Source of the DNA: Candidatus Bathyarchaeota archaeon
Lineage (GTDB): Archaea; Thermoproteota; Bathyarchaeia; 40CM-2-53-6
Direction: 5' to 3'
DNA length: 64,000 bases
NCBI GenBank assembly: GCA_963726255.1
Contig: CAVSBL010000002.1
Span: forward strand, 1,216,001 to 1,280,000
The notes beneath the pieces were generated by a model. That model was given only the letters and a program-made list of their open reading frames with translations. It had not been told where the DNA came from and did no database searches. The number at the start of each line of letters is the position of its first letter. Within the stretch, counting starts at the first letter, position 1. The position numbers and the translations under genes are program-made. Positions 1 to 10,043 of this stretch are shown here, in pieces.

Positions 1-68
1 TCCCGTGCGCGTGAATTTTTCCTTTCTGTTTAGGGAAACCTCTTAACTATACTGTAACCAGAGCCGTT

Positions 69-1262
69 TTGGGTGTAACGGATTTGGTTCGCGATGAAGC
101 GAAACTTGAACGTGTTCGGGAAATTATGCGCTCCAGAGGCCTTGCCGCCTTAGTTTTGCGCCTACCGGAGAATGTCACGTACCTATCGGGTGCTTGGTGC
201 GGCAGGGGCCTAACTTACTTGGTTTTCCCGTTGGAAAGAGACCCAGTCCTGATACATCCCGCGGGAGAGACACTGCCACGTACATGGGTCTCTGATGTTA
301 AGTTGTACAAATGGGAGACGTTTGAACATCTAGGCAGCGCCATTAACGTTGGGTCAGAGAACGTCCTCAAGGCATTGTCGGACATCGGAATCATTTCCGG
401 CGCAATTGGCGTTGAGGAGCGATGGGAACTCATACTTTCGTCGCCGTTAAGGTACGAGCTAAATGTGATCGGCCAGAAGACACTTATGGTGCTAAAGGAA
501 GAACTCAGGGCGTATGATTTGCAGGATGCCTCTGAGCTCCTGATTCAAGCACGCGGCATAAAGACCAGTGAAGAAGTAAAGGCGCTCAAAAAGGCGAATC
601 GAATTGCATGCATCGGGCTGGAAACATTTGAGCGAAATCTGAAACCTGGCCTATCCGAAATTGAGTTATCAACTAGGATTGAGCACGAGATCATCACGCA
701 GGGGATAATGAAGCAGCATGCCAACCGGGTTGTGGCATGCGCCTTCGTAGCATCCGGACCATCTACCGCGGAAGCCTACAAGTACGTCGTCGGGAATAGC
801 CGGCGTAAAATGAGGCGCGGTGACCTCGTAATGTTAGAACTTGACGTGGTGGCTGACGGCTATAGCTCGGACACGACCAGAACCTTCGTCGTCGGCAAAC
901 CTAACAGGAAACAGGCGTCGCTTCTTGAAGCGGTTCTCGATTCGGAAGCCACCGCCATATCATCGATAAAGCCTGAGGTTAGAGCAGCGAAAATTGCCCA
1001 AATCTCGATAGAGGTTATTCGACGCCACGGGCTCGGGGAGTATTTGGTGCATCGGCTTGGGCATGGGATTGGAGTTGGGGTTCACGAGCCAATTCCCGCA
1101 TTGCACGTCGAGTCAAAGGACATTCTGAAACCGGGAATGGTACACAGCGTCGAGCCTGGAATCTACGGCCCCAAGATCGGTGGAATCAGAATAGAAGATG
1201 ACGTGCTCGACACAGAAAGAGGCAGCGAATATCTATCAAACTTCCCCAGAATGCAGGAGTAG
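69..1262 (+). CDS. Xaa-Pro aminopeptidase / prolidase (M24 family)
   Basis: Creatinase-type N-terminus; metal-ligand motifs DGYSSDTTRT, HRLGHGIG..HE, SVEPGIY, GIRIEDD. Confidence 0.92.
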   Translation: MGVTDLVRDEAKLERVREIMRSRGLAALVLRLPENVTYLSGAWCGRGLTYLVFPLERDPVLIHPAGETLPRTWVSDVKLYKWETFEHLGSAINVGSENVLKALSDIGIISGAIGVEERWELILSSPLRYELNVIGQKTLMVLKEELRAYDLQDASELLIQARGIKTSEEVKALKKANRIACIGLETFERNLKPGLSEIELSTRIEHEIITQGIMKQHANRVVACAFVASGPSTAEAYKYVVGNSRRKMRRGDLVMLELDVVADGYSSDTTRTFVVGKPNRKQASLLEAVLDSEATAISSIKPEVRAAKIAQISIEVIRRHGLGEYLVHRLGHGIGVGVHEPIPALHVESKDILKPGMVHSVEPGIYGPKIGGIRIEDDVLDTERGSEYLSNFPRMQE

Positions 1263-1281
1263 CTCAGCGTAAAAAGGCCAG

Positions 1282-2094
1282 GTGGCGTGGAACGCGATGA
1301 ACGGGTCTGATAGACTATTTCGCCTCGCATTCGTCCGCCCCCCGTCAAACAGTTACGTTAACTGCGTTTCCACAAACCCAAACAAAACCGACATCGATGT
1401 GACACTGGCCAGGGAACAACACCGGACATATACCTCAATCCTGAGAGACGCAGGCATTGAAGTAATCGAACTTCAACCGTTGGAAGCATATCCAGATTCG
1501 GTCTTCATGCAAGACCCTGCGTTATTGGGGGCAAGTCGCTCGATAATAGGCCGGTTTGGAGAAGAGAGCCGCAGAGGTGAGGCGAAAGCACTCATCGACG
1601 ATCTGACAAGTAAAAGGGCCTCAGTTGGCACGCTAAGCGTCGTGAACGCACCTGGCACCTTGGAAGGAGGTGACATAGTTGTCACTGACAAGGGCATCTT
1701 TGTTGGTGAATCCAAACGAACCAACCCGGATGGTATTAGACAACTGAAAACTATCTTGGACGATCAGAGCGTGAAAGCGATAAGGACGGACCTTATGCAT
1801 CTCCTGTGCGGATGCTCATACCTAAACAATGGAACCATGATAATAGCGCCTGGTCTTGTAAACCCCGATTCATTCCCGGGTTTTCGGTTCGTCAAAATAC
1901 CTGACGCTGAAAGCTATGCCGCCGACGCGTTATACCTGGGTGGAGGCAAAGTCCTCATACCATCCGGGTTTTCGATAACCGTTTCGAAGCTCAAGGACGC
2001 AGGTTACACACCGGTCGAAATTGATGTCTCAGAATTTCGGAAGGGCGATGGTGGTGTAACTTGCCTCAGCTCACCAGTCTATGAACTGTTCTAG
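1282..2094 (+). CDS. Dimethylarginine dimethylaminohydrolase / amidinotransferase family
   Basis: PDSVFMQD, SRRGE, LEGGD, RTN, MHL and C-terminal KGDGGVTCLS (catalytic Cys). Confidence 0.88.
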   Translation: MAWNAMNGSDRLFRLAFVRPPSNSYVNCVSTNPNKTDIDVTLAREQHRTYTSILRDAGIEVIELQPLEAYPDSVFMQDPALLGASRSIIGRFGEESRRGEAKALIDDLTSKRASVGTLSVVNAPGTLEGGDIVVTDKGIFVGESKRTNPDGIRQLKTILDDQSVKAIRTDLMHLLCGCSYLNNGTMIIAPGLVNPDSFPGFRFVKIPDAESYAADALYLGGGKVLIPSGFSITVSKLKDAGYTPVEIDVSEFRKGDGGVTCLSSPVYELF

Positions 2095-2118
2095 TGTGAG
2101 CGGAAGTAGGTGTATCAG

Positions 2119-2712
2119 CTACCAGTGTTCATAGTGGACGACTTCTTTGATGGGTCTTCGGCCTCGCTTGAGTGATGGGGACTTAGTGTCTTCTGCTCCG
2201 TAGCCGATAGATATGACCCCGACGGGGTGGAAATGGTCTGGGATACCCAGAAGCTGCTTCATTTGATGGACGCGAAAGACCCCGGTAAAGGCTGAGGCCA
2301 AACCTTGGTTAACGGCTGACAGGAAGATCAGCATGCATGCACATCCCATATCAAAAAACCAGTACGGGGTTGGCCATTCAATCTCGGTCCCATCTTCCTC
2401 TAGCTTGTCAGGCTCTTGGTAACGGTCGTGATAGATCTTCTCGCTGACACATGCGATGATCAGTGTTGGGGCCTCCGATACGAACTTGTGAAAGCGGCTA
2501 GATGCATAGTAGTCCTTCTCACCCTGGAGTTCCCCAATCTTCTTCTTCACTTCCCCTTCGGTGATGACGATAAAGGCCCAGCCTTGGCTGAAACCGGCAC
2601 TGGGTGCATGAAGCGCCAACTCGAGTAACAGCTTCGTGGCGTCTGCTGGAACAGGTTCAGGCCGAAAATTGCGAACCATCCTGCGTTTTCGAACTAGCTT
2701 CTCGAATTCCAT
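2119..2712 (-). CDS. Nitroreductase family protein
   Basis: RRMVRNF, APSAGFSQGW, D.G.A, IGY motifs. Confidence 0.9.
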   Translation of the reverse strand: MEFEKLVRKRRMVRNFRPEPVPADATKLLLELALHAPSAGFSQGWAFIVITEGEVKKKIGELQGEKDYYASSRFHKFVSEAPTLIIACVSEKIYHDRYQEPDKLEEDGTEIEWPTPYWFFDMGCACMLIFLSAVNQGLASAFTGVFRVHQMKQLLGIPDHFHPVGVISIGYGAEDTKSPSLKRGRRPIKEVVHYEHW

Positions 2713-2816
2713 TTCGAGTCGGTAACCTACTGCACACGTTGGGATTTGAACTATTACAAAAATGCAAGGGAAAAATTAGAAAGGAAAGGAAAAGACGATT
2801 ACCGCAGGTTTAGAAC

Positions 2817-2960
2817 CTAGTATCGTCTGTGCTTCTGGTAGCATGCCCTACAATATACTGGTCGGCCTTGTGTTGGCTTGAACGGCACTTCAGTTTCAGC
2901 ACCGCAGTCAGAACATGTAACTTTGTACATAGTTCGGCCGCCGTATCCTTCTTGACTCAT
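2817..2960 (-). CDS. CxxC-x17-CxxC small zinc-ribbon protein (47 aa; not in ORF track)
   Basis: Manual translation MSQEGYGGRTMYKVTCSDCGAETEVPFKPTQGRPVYCRACYQKHRRY; followed by a T-rich tract on the minus strand. Confidence 0.88.
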   Translation of the reverse strand: MSQEGYGGRTMYKVTCSDCGAETEVPFKPTQGRPVYCRACYQKHRRY

Positions 2961-3375
2961 AATCTACTTACACCACTTTACAGGTTAGTTACGCCCAAGA
3001 TAATACTTAGAAGTAAATCCGCAGCGTACCAAGCTTTACGGTGCACATAACCGTAATTAAAGCTATACCACAAACATTTGCCAACGCTCAGCTCCGCGAA
3101 ATCACCCTTTTTCCACGGAAAACGGCTATTTTTTGCTTGAACTGGACCCTAAAAGGGGCAATTTCTAGCGAAAACCGAGAAGATTACATTCCCCGTCGGC
3201 GTTTATCGCGTTGCATCGTGTAAGCGGGCTTGCGGTGGTGAATACTTTGAAAAGCAGTTACTGGTATTGGCGACGAGAAGGCATCCCAGCTAAGGAGGAA
3301 AAGAAGGAACGGAAGGACTAGGATTGCTTGCCCGCTTCTGGCGGTTCCTAATCGGTATCCCGGGAGCTCGATTCA

Positions 3376-3627
3376 ATGAGAATTGAAGACATTCGCAACG
3401 GCATGAGGAGTATTCACATCGAGGGCAAGATCGTAGACATGAACCAATTCATGCTCGTCCTTGAAGATGAGACAGGCCGCATGTTTGTCAGATACAACTA
3501 CCGAAACCTGGTGAAGCCTGTTCAGAAAGGCGATTACGTGAAGGTCGACAATGGCGTGGCCGTCAACTACTCTGGAATCCTGCAAATCAAACTGCCCCGT
3601 AACGGCCAAGTCACATCCACCCAGTGA
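3376..3627 (+). CDS. Single OB-fold (SSB/RPA-like) nucleic-acid-binding protein
   Basis: I.DI..GM..I.IEGKIVD, LEDETG, GDYVKV.NG...Y.G.LQI pattern. Confidence 0.75.
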   Translation: MRIEDIRNGMRSIHIEGKIVDMNQFMLVLEDETGRMFVRYNYRNLVKPVQKGDYVKVDNGVAVNYSGILQIKLPRNGQVTSTQ

Positions 3628-3671
3628 TAATTAGGTCATAGAGTTACCAGCATCAGCAGAAAGGGTTCATT

Positions 3672-4583
3672 GTGGCGACAGCTTCCAAGATATTCAGGTT
3701 AAGCCGTGCCCAATTCCTGCCGGTCATTCTCTCCCCAGTTGTTGTGGGCACTGCCCTCGCATGGTGGACTAACCGAATATTCAACCCGTTACTGTTTGGC
3801 TTAGTTTTGTTGGGAAGCATTTCGTTTCACCTTGCGGCAAACACCATCGATGACGTCTACGATTTTGAGAGCCAAGTTGACGTCGTGTCAAACAGACTGT
3901 TTCCACCTGATTTTGGCGGTTGGAAAATTCTGCCGCGAGGGTTAATGACGTTTGGCCAGGCGAAACTTGCAGCCTACGTCTTTTTCATGCTAACCATAAT
4001 TGTCGGCCTCTTCTTGACCATCCTTACAGGGCCGTTCGTCCTATTGCTTGGTGCAGTCGGGCTCTTCTTTGCATACTTCCACGTCGCCCCGCCGCTTAGG
4101 CTTGGATATCGAGGGCTTGGTCTGAGTGAGCTTGGAATTTTCCTTTCCTTCGGTATTCTCCCCGTCGTTGGATGCTTCTACGTGCAAACCGGCCAGGTAT
4201 CCCTCCTGCCCGTCCTCATGGGAACACCGCTGGGATTACTGACTGCGGCCATTCTAATCAACCACGACCAGATTTTCTTCGACGCTTACCAAACTGCTGG
4301 CAAGAAGAGTTACACGGTAACTGTGGGACGCAACAAGGCCGTGGCCACAGCATTCACCATAGCGCTGGCATCATACGCGATAGTGATCGGGGCCGTCGTG
4401 GTGGGGCTCCTCCAACATTTCGCGGCCTTAGTTCTCCTAACACTCCCCCTTTACTTGATTCAGACACGACTGTACCTGAAACCTGCGGAGTCTCCTTTAC
4501 ATTACGTTAAGCTCACGCAGTCAACCTTCGCGCTCTCGGTAACGTTCGGCCTGCTACTCGCAGTCGGCCTACTCATCGGCTAA
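3672..4583 (+). CDS. UbiA-family prenyltransferase (MenA-like)
   Basis: Multi-TM protein with NTIDDVYD, PPLRLGYRGLG.SE and D...GKKS motifs. Confidence 0.82.
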   Translation: MATASKIFRLSRAQFLPVILSPVVVGTALAWWTNRIFNPLLFGLVLLGSISFHLAANTIDDVYDFESQVDVVSNRLFPPDFGGWKILPRGLMTFGQAKLAAYVFFMLTIIVGLFLTILTGPFVLLLGAVGLFFAYFHVAPPLRLGYRGLGLSELGIFLSFGILPVVGCFYVQTGQVSLLPVLMGTPLGLLTAAILINHDQIFFDAYQTAGKKSYTVTVGRNKAVATAFTIALASYAIVIGAVVVGLLQHFAALVLLTLPLYLIQTRLYLKPAESPLHYVKLTQSTFALSVTFGLLLAVGLLIG

Positions 4584-5191
4584 GCCAGTGGCGCAATTAC
4601 GAAGATCAGCAAATCAAACAAGACATGTGAAACTATAACCGTTGGTAAACTCCCGGTTGTCTTGTAGATGTAGCCCCAGACAAGGCCTCCGATGAATGCG
4701 GTCATGATTAGGGGCAAGTTCAGAGTGGGTAGATGAATCAACGCGTAAACGCAAGTTGTAATGAAGAACCCCATGCTGGATCCCAATTCCTCTGAGAACC
4801 TTCGTTGAATTAATCCGCACCAGTAGAGTTCCTCCCCCGGGCCTATTGGAAACAGCAACACCAACACGATGAGATAGCTCGGGATAGATCGAAGCCCGTA
4901 GACTTGCCCAACGCCTTGGCTGAAGATTGGGTTTGACTTAGTCACCTGGAAACCGAAGTAGAACAGCATGTACAACAATACACCACTTACCACGCCCACT
5001 AGAAGCAGTCTGCCGTTGAAGTGAACTAGCTCCTTAACGCCGTTCACTGCGACCGCAACAAGCAGGAGAGCGAGCGTGGAGAGAGTTAACATCACCCAGA
5101 ATTCTAGCGGCTGAATAACGAATACAAGCACCCACAAGATTGAGGCTAGAGCAAGCGAGAGAGCCGCCAACTTGAACGGGCTAGCACGCAA
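4580..5191 (-). CDS. CPBP (Abi/CAAX) family intramembrane metalloprotease
   Basis: GEELYW, YALIH, SHVLFD motifs; multiple TM segments. Confidence 0.82.
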   Translation of the reverse strand: MRASPFKLAALSLALASILWVLVFVIQPLEFWVMLTLSTLALLLVAVAVNGVKELVHFNGRLLLVGVVSGVLLYMLFYFGFQVTKSNPIFSQGVGQVYGLRSIPSYLIVLVLLFPIGPGEELYWCGLIQRRFSEELGSSMGFFITTCVYALIHLPTLNLPLIMTAFIGGLVWGYIYKTTGSLPTVIVSHVLFDLLIFVIAPLA

Positions 5192-5225
5192 AGACTGGCC
5201 TCAGTTACTTTTCCCAAATCAGCGT

Positions 5226-6230
5226 TCAGGTTGCAGCGAACGCTCGCATGGCTGCGCTAACGTCCCCGATGGGCATGATTATGGGCAGCTCTACCCCAGC
5301 CTTTCTGTAGTCCTTCAACCGCTCAACGCAGTGATCCGCGCTCCCAGTCAATGTGAGGGCGTCGACGACTCCGTCGGGCATGACCTTCGCAGCTGCAGCG
5401 AAGTCTCTTTTACGCCAAGCCTCTTTGATGGGTTCAAGGTCCTTCTCCTTCAGCCCGTACGGCTCGAATATTTCGGGCTTGAGAACTTCAGCAACCTGGT
5501 AGAGCAGGAAGTAGTATGATTTCATCAGGTTACGGGCTTGCTGCACGTCGCCAGATACTGCGGATAGAATGTAAGAGGCAACATCAACCCTCTTGCCACC
5601 ACGTTCCCCTTCCCTGACAAAACCGACTTTCTGCCGCGTGACTTCAGGCGTCATCAGGGCGGGGGAGATGACTACCCCATCCACAAGCTTGGGGGCCATC
5701 CTCAAGGAGAGAGGCCCGAAGGCTGCTAAGTAAATTGGGAACTTACGGGACGGTTTCGTTTCCAGCTTGATATCTACAACTTTGAAGAATTCCCCGTCGA
5801 GGGAAACCGCGTCACCGTTGAGTAGCCCATTGGTTATGGTTAGGAATTCTTGGATACGCTTCAGCGGCCTAGTTTCCTTCACCGGAAAGACATTCACATT
5901 GAGTTTAGGTAACCAGGGGAATCCGCCTAGGCCAACCCCCATAATCACCCTCCCCGCTGACATTTCATTCAGGGAGAGAAACGTCGTAGTCGCCAGCAGC
6001 GGATGGCGAGTTACTACGCTCACACAACCCGAACAGAGCTTGATCTTGCTTGTTGCTGCCGATGCGCTTGAGAGGAGTGTGACTGCGTCTTTGATGAAGG
6101 GGTGCTCATGAAGCCAGAAGGCCTCGTAGCCATGTTCTTCAGCCGCTTTAGCATACTCCCCTGCCTCTCTTCCGGAGATGGTCGGGTTGAAGCCTATGGC
6201 GATTCTTTCCAAAGCGAGTTCTAGACGCAC
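5226..6230 (-). CDS. LLM-class flavin/F420-dependent oxidoreductase
   Basis: AEEHGYEAFWLHEH, TRHP, GR..GVGLG, PIYLAA.GP motifs. Confidence 0.87.
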   Translation of the reverse strand: MRLELALERIAIGFNPTISGREAGEYAKAAEEHGYEAFWLHEHPFIKDAVTLLSSASAATSKIKLCSGCVSVVTRHPLLATTTFLSLNEMSAGRVIMGVGLGGFPWLPKLNVNVFPVKETRPLKRIQEFLTITNGLLNGDAVSLDGEFFKVVDIKLETKPSRKFPIYLAAFGPLSLRMAPKLVDGVVISPALMTPEVTRQKVGFVREGERGGKRVDVASYILSAVSGDVQQARNLMKSYYFLLYQVAEVLKPEIFEPYGLKEKDLEPIKEAWRKRDFAAAAKVMPDGVVDALTLTGSADHCVERLKDYRKAGVELPIIMPIGDVSAAMRAFAAT

Positions 6231-6353
6231 TGTTTCTTGGCAAATTTATCATTATCTGGGAAGCAGTAGGCTTCCACGACGCTTAGGTTGCCGCCGGCAA
6301 AAACCAGTGAATTCGCTTATCAGGCCGGATGGGTTGAAGGAGTCGAATGAAAA

Positions 6354-9020
6354 ATGGCTAACATAGAGAGGATGCTCAATCCGAAAACCGTAGCTGCTAT
6401 CGGTGCTTCTGAAGAAGAAGGGTCCGTCGGCCAGTCCCTAATGAAGAATCTCCTCCTCGGTAAGGAGCGAAGAAGAATCTACCCTGTGAACGTTAAACGA
6501 AATAGCGTAATGGGTCTGAAGTGCTACGCTAGAATTACCGATATCCCAGAACGAATTGACCTAGCAGTGATAGCTACGCCGGCCAAAACTGTCCCTGGGC
6601 TCGTCGAAGAGTGTGCCAAGGCTGGCGTTGAAGGCGTTGTGATAATCTCAGCTGGATTTCGTGAGATTGGCCCGGAGGGAGAAAAGCTTGAGGAAGACAT
6701 CAAACGCATTCAGGCAAATCACGGCATCCGAGTCTTGGGACCCAACTGCGTCGGCTTCGTAAGACCCCAGGTCGAGTTGAATGCGACCTTCTTAAGAGAT
6801 AACCCCCAGCCGGGCCAGATAGCATTCGTTTCGCAGAGCGGGGCTCTTGGCTCCGCGATGCTCAATTGGGCCGTCAGCGCCGGGATTGGCTTCAGCATGT
6901 TCGCCTCCCTTGGTTCGACTTTGGATATCGACTACGGAGACATGATTGACTACTTAGGTGAAGACCCCCACACCAGAAGCATAATCATCTACATGGAAGG
7001 CGTCGGAAACGCCAAGAAATTCATGAGCGCTGCTCGCGGTTTCGCCCGAACCAAACCAATCATCGTCATCAAAGCGGGAAAGCATGCAGCAGGTGCCAAA
7101 GCAGCTTCATCCCACACGGGTGCATTGGCGGGGGACTACGCCGTTTACGACGCAGCATTCAAACGAGCAGGCGTTGTGATGGTCGACGAAATAGGAGACC
7201 TCTTCGATTGTGCGACCGTCTTGGACTCCAGATTCCTACCCCAAGGCCCTAGGCTCGCGATAGTTACGAATGCTGGTGGACCAGCAGTGCTGGCGGCAGA
7301 TTCGATCATTACAAACGGGGGAGAACTGGCGGCGTTTTCGGACAACACCATTCGCACAATGGACGCTACCCTCCCGCCGTACTGGAGCCACGGAGATCCC
7401 ATGGACATACTAGGGGACGCGGACATCAAGCGATACGAGCAGGCCGTGAGAACATGCATTGCCGACCCTAACGTGGACGGCCTCCTAGTCATCTACACTC
7501 CCCAAGGAACGACGCAGCCTACTCTTGTGGCAGAGTCAGTCGCGAAGATAGCCGCCGACCGTCGTAAACCGATGCTCACCGTTTGGATGGGAGAGAAGAG
7601 CGTCCTCGAAGCTAGACAGGTGTTCTACAGGAATAACATACCCACTTACGCAACTCCAGAAGAGGCCGTCAAGAGCTACATGTACATGTATCGCTACAGG
7701 CGGAACCTCGACCTTCTCTACGAGACTCCGGAGGAACTTCCAGTCGACTTTGCACCGCCGAAGAGCCACCTGAAAGTCTTGATCCGCAAAGCCGCCAAGA
7801 ATAGAACCGCGTTAACCCAGCCCGAAGTTGATAGATTCCTAGACGCCTACAATATCCCACGAGCGAAAGGATCGCTAACCAAAAACGTAGAACAGGCTGC
7901 AATGGTTGCGTCGGACATCGGCTATCCCATTGTTATGAAAATCGCGTCCGAAGATATCTTGCACAAGACAGACATCGGGGGCGTGATTACGGGCATTGAT
8001 TCATCGGAAGCACTCAAGGACGCGTACAAGACCCTCCTAGAACGGGCGCAGAAAGCGAAGCCTGATGCAAAGATAGACGGAGTGTACGTCCAGAAGATGA
8101 TGAGTAACCTCGATTACGAGTTGATACTTGGTGCAAAGAAAGACCGAGACTTCGGTTCAGTCATCTTATTCGGAATGGGAGGAATAGGCGTGGAATTACT
8201 ACACGATGTTTCAATCGGCCTTCCCCCATTAAACCAAGTGCTAGCTCGGCGAGTCCTCGAGGAAACGAAAATCTACCAGGCGCTCTCAAGAGGCCTCAGA
8301 AATAAACCGCCAATAGACCTCCGCTTGCTAGAAGAAATAATGATACGCTTCTCAAACTTGATTGTTGACTTCCCTGAAATTGGGGAAATGGACATTAACC
8401 CGCTGGTTGTCTCGGAAGGCAGGCTGTACGTTCTAGATGCGAGGATTATACTGGATAAGAACGCCCTAGATCGTACTGAGACATATCCCCACCTCGTAAT
8501 CATGCCTTACCCAACGAAGTGGGTTACGCTTTGGAGGACAAAGGACGGGACCGAAGTGACCCTCCGCCCTATTAGGCCCGAGGATGAACCCATGGAACTA
8601 GAGTTCATTCGAGGCCTGTCTTCGGAGACAAGTCGCTTCAGGTTCTTTCAAATCATCAAGGACCTCCCTCACGAGGCACTGGTACGTTTCTGCAATATCG
8701 ACTACGACAGAGAGATGGCGTTCATAGCGGAGACACGAGAGGGAGACCGCAAGGTAGAGGTCGGCGTAAGCCGCCTGATTCTGGAACCAAACAAAAAGAA
8801 AGGGGAATTTGCGGTAGTCGTGTCGGATAAGTATCAAGCGAAGGGCCTTGGAATCAAACTAGTTGACATGCTAATTGAAGTCGCCAAAGAGAAAGGTGTG
8901 GAGAGCATATACGGAATAATCATGGGGGAGAACTTGAAGATGATACGCCTCTGCGAAAAACTTGGATTCACAACAAAGAGAGAACACGAAGATGTGCTCG
9001 TAGAACTCAAGCTCAGATAA
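6354..9020 (+). CDS. Acetate-CoA ligase (ADP-forming) alpha/beta domains fused to a C-terminal GNAT (Pat/YfiQ-like)
   Basis: GPNCVG, SQSGA, SHTGALAG, TNAGGP, HKTDIGGV, DINP; GNAT motifs LRPIRPED, IDYDREMA, YQAKGLG. Confidence 0.92.
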   Translation: MANIERMLNPKTVAAIGASEEEGSVGQSLMKNLLLGKERRRIYPVNVKRNSVMGLKCYARITDIPERIDLAVIATPAKTVPGLVEECAKAGVEGVVIISAGFREIGPEGEKLEEDIKRIQANHGIRVLGPNCVGFVRPQVELNATFLRDNPQPGQIAFVSQSGALGSAMLNWAVSAGIGFSMFASLGSTLDIDYGDMIDYLGEDPHTRSIIIYMEGVGNAKKFMSAARGFARTKPIIVIKAGKHAAGAKAASSHTGALAGDYAVYDAAFKRAGVVMVDEIGDLFDCATVLDSRFLPQGPRLAIVTNAGGPAVLAADSIITNGGELAAFSDNTIRTMDATLPPYWSHGDPMDILGDADIKRYEQAVRTCIADPNVDGLLVIYTPQGTTQPTLVAESVAKIAADRRKPMLTVWMGEKSVLEARQVFYRNNIPTYATPEEAVKSYMYMYRYRRNLDLLYETPEELPVDFAPPKSHLKVLIRKAAKNRTALTQPEVDRFLDAYNIPRAKGSLTKNVEQAAMVASDIGYPIVMKIASEDILHKTDIGGVITGIDSSEALKDAYKTLLERAQKAKPDAKIDGVYVQKMMSNLDYELILGAKKDRDFGSVILFGMGGIGVELLHDVSIGLPPLNQVLARRVLEETKIYQALSRGLRNKPPIDLRLLEEIMIRFSNLIVDFPEIGEMDINPLVVSEGRLYVLDARIILDKNALDRTETYPHLVIMPYPTKWVTLWRTKDGTEVTLRPIRPEDEPMELEFIRGLSSETSRFRFFQIIKDLPHEALVRFCNIDYDREMAFIAETREGDRKVEVGVSRLILEPNKKKGEFAVVVSDKYQAKGLGIKLVDMLIEVAKEKGVESIYGIIMGENLKMIRLCEKLGFTTKREHEDVLVELKLR

Positions 9021-9066
9021 TGAGACTTCTTTCCTATTTGAGACGTGACCATCATGACAGTCAGGG

Positions 9067-9161
9067 TGGTGGGCCCGCCCGGGTTCGAACCGGGGATCTC
9101 CGCCGTTCCCATATCATCGCTAATGTGAGGGCGACGTCTTAACCAGCTGGACTACGGGCCC
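9067..9161 (-). tRNA. tRNA-Val(CAC) with 18-nt canonical 37/38 intron (9106-9123) and encoded CCA
   Basis: GGGCCCG acceptor stem, TCGCC/GGCGG anticodon stem, loop CT-CAC-A^C, GGTTCGAACCC T-arm; BHB central helix CTCA/TGGG. Confidence 0.92.
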
Positions 9162-9214
9162 CACAATGCTTCATCAGATTAGCTGCCTAAATTCGTTTGC
9201 GAAGCCCCCGCAAA

Positions 9215-9958
9215 CTAGCCTATGTAGCCTCTTTCGTTCTTCTCTGCGCGCCCTTTCATTGCCCCTATCGATTTCACCAGATCATCCGATTCCTTGGCCT
9301 TCAAATCTAGTTCGGTGAGGTCTAAGGGAATGTCGAGTTTTCTGCTCAGCACTCGCAGGACAGCACGCGCTGCCCTTGCGTCAACTATGTACCCGGACGT
9401 TTCCCCTGAAATGAATATGGCTTTCATGTTCCGCAGTTTCGACAGACCCACGAGTAACCCATTCATCCAGGTAACGCTACCCTCGCTGATTTGAGATACA
9501 CCGAGTGCGTCCAACTCTCCGAGCAGTTCCTTGTCGGTTCCCGTTCCGAACACCTTGGGTTCACCTGAGAATTCACCCGTTATGTAAGCTCCAACCGTCA
9601 GAACAGTGTCCACTCCAAGGGATTGACCGATCTCAAGCGCCTTATCGGCCAGGGCATAGGCAGCTTCCGGATTAGTCGGTTGAGCGTCCCCCGTGTAAAG
9701 AACAATGTCCCTCCCATTTCCACCTTTCCAGAAAAACATCGAATGCTTAGGCATGTCTGCAGTGCCGTCTTCTAGTATCCTAACGCGCGGAGGCAATGAG
9801 GTTGAATAGATCTCGGCGAATTTCTCCGCCTTCAGCTGCTTCACCAATTGCTCGATGACCAGCTTCGCTACGTTACCGCTGTCCGGAAGCCCGCAAACCA
9901 TTATCGGGTTGCGTAACTTCGGCGTGTTCTCAATGTAAACGCGAATTGTCGACGCCAA
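9215..9958 (-). CDS. PAC2-family proteasome assembly chaperone
   Basis: GLP..GNVAKL, GDAQP, GETSGYIVD..AA, C-terminal GYIG; TTG start at 9958 chosen from an upstream GGAGG. Confidence 0.88.
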   Translation of the reverse strand: MASTIRVYIENTPKLRNPIMVCGLPDSGNVAKLVIEQLVKQLKAEKFAEIYSTSLPPRVRILEDGTADMPKHSMFFWKGGNGRDIVLYTGDAQPTNPEAAYALADKALEIGQSLGVDTVLTVGAYITGEFSGEPKVFGTGTDKELLGELDALGVSQISEGSVTWMNGLLVGLSKLRNMKAIFISGETSGYIVDARAARAVLRVLSRKLDIPLDLTELDLKAKESDDLVKSIGAMKGRAEKNERGYIG

Positions 9959-10043
9959 CGGCCGGGCCCCTCCTTCGGAGGGAATGGCGTTAGTTGATAA
10001 GACAGGGCTATAGGCTTTTGAACGAACACGGGTTGGTAGAACG

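Noticed and set aside
2829-3050. 73-aa plus-strand ORF (MLLVAC...WLERH)
   Set aside because: Antisense shadow of the CxxC-x17-CxxC gene.
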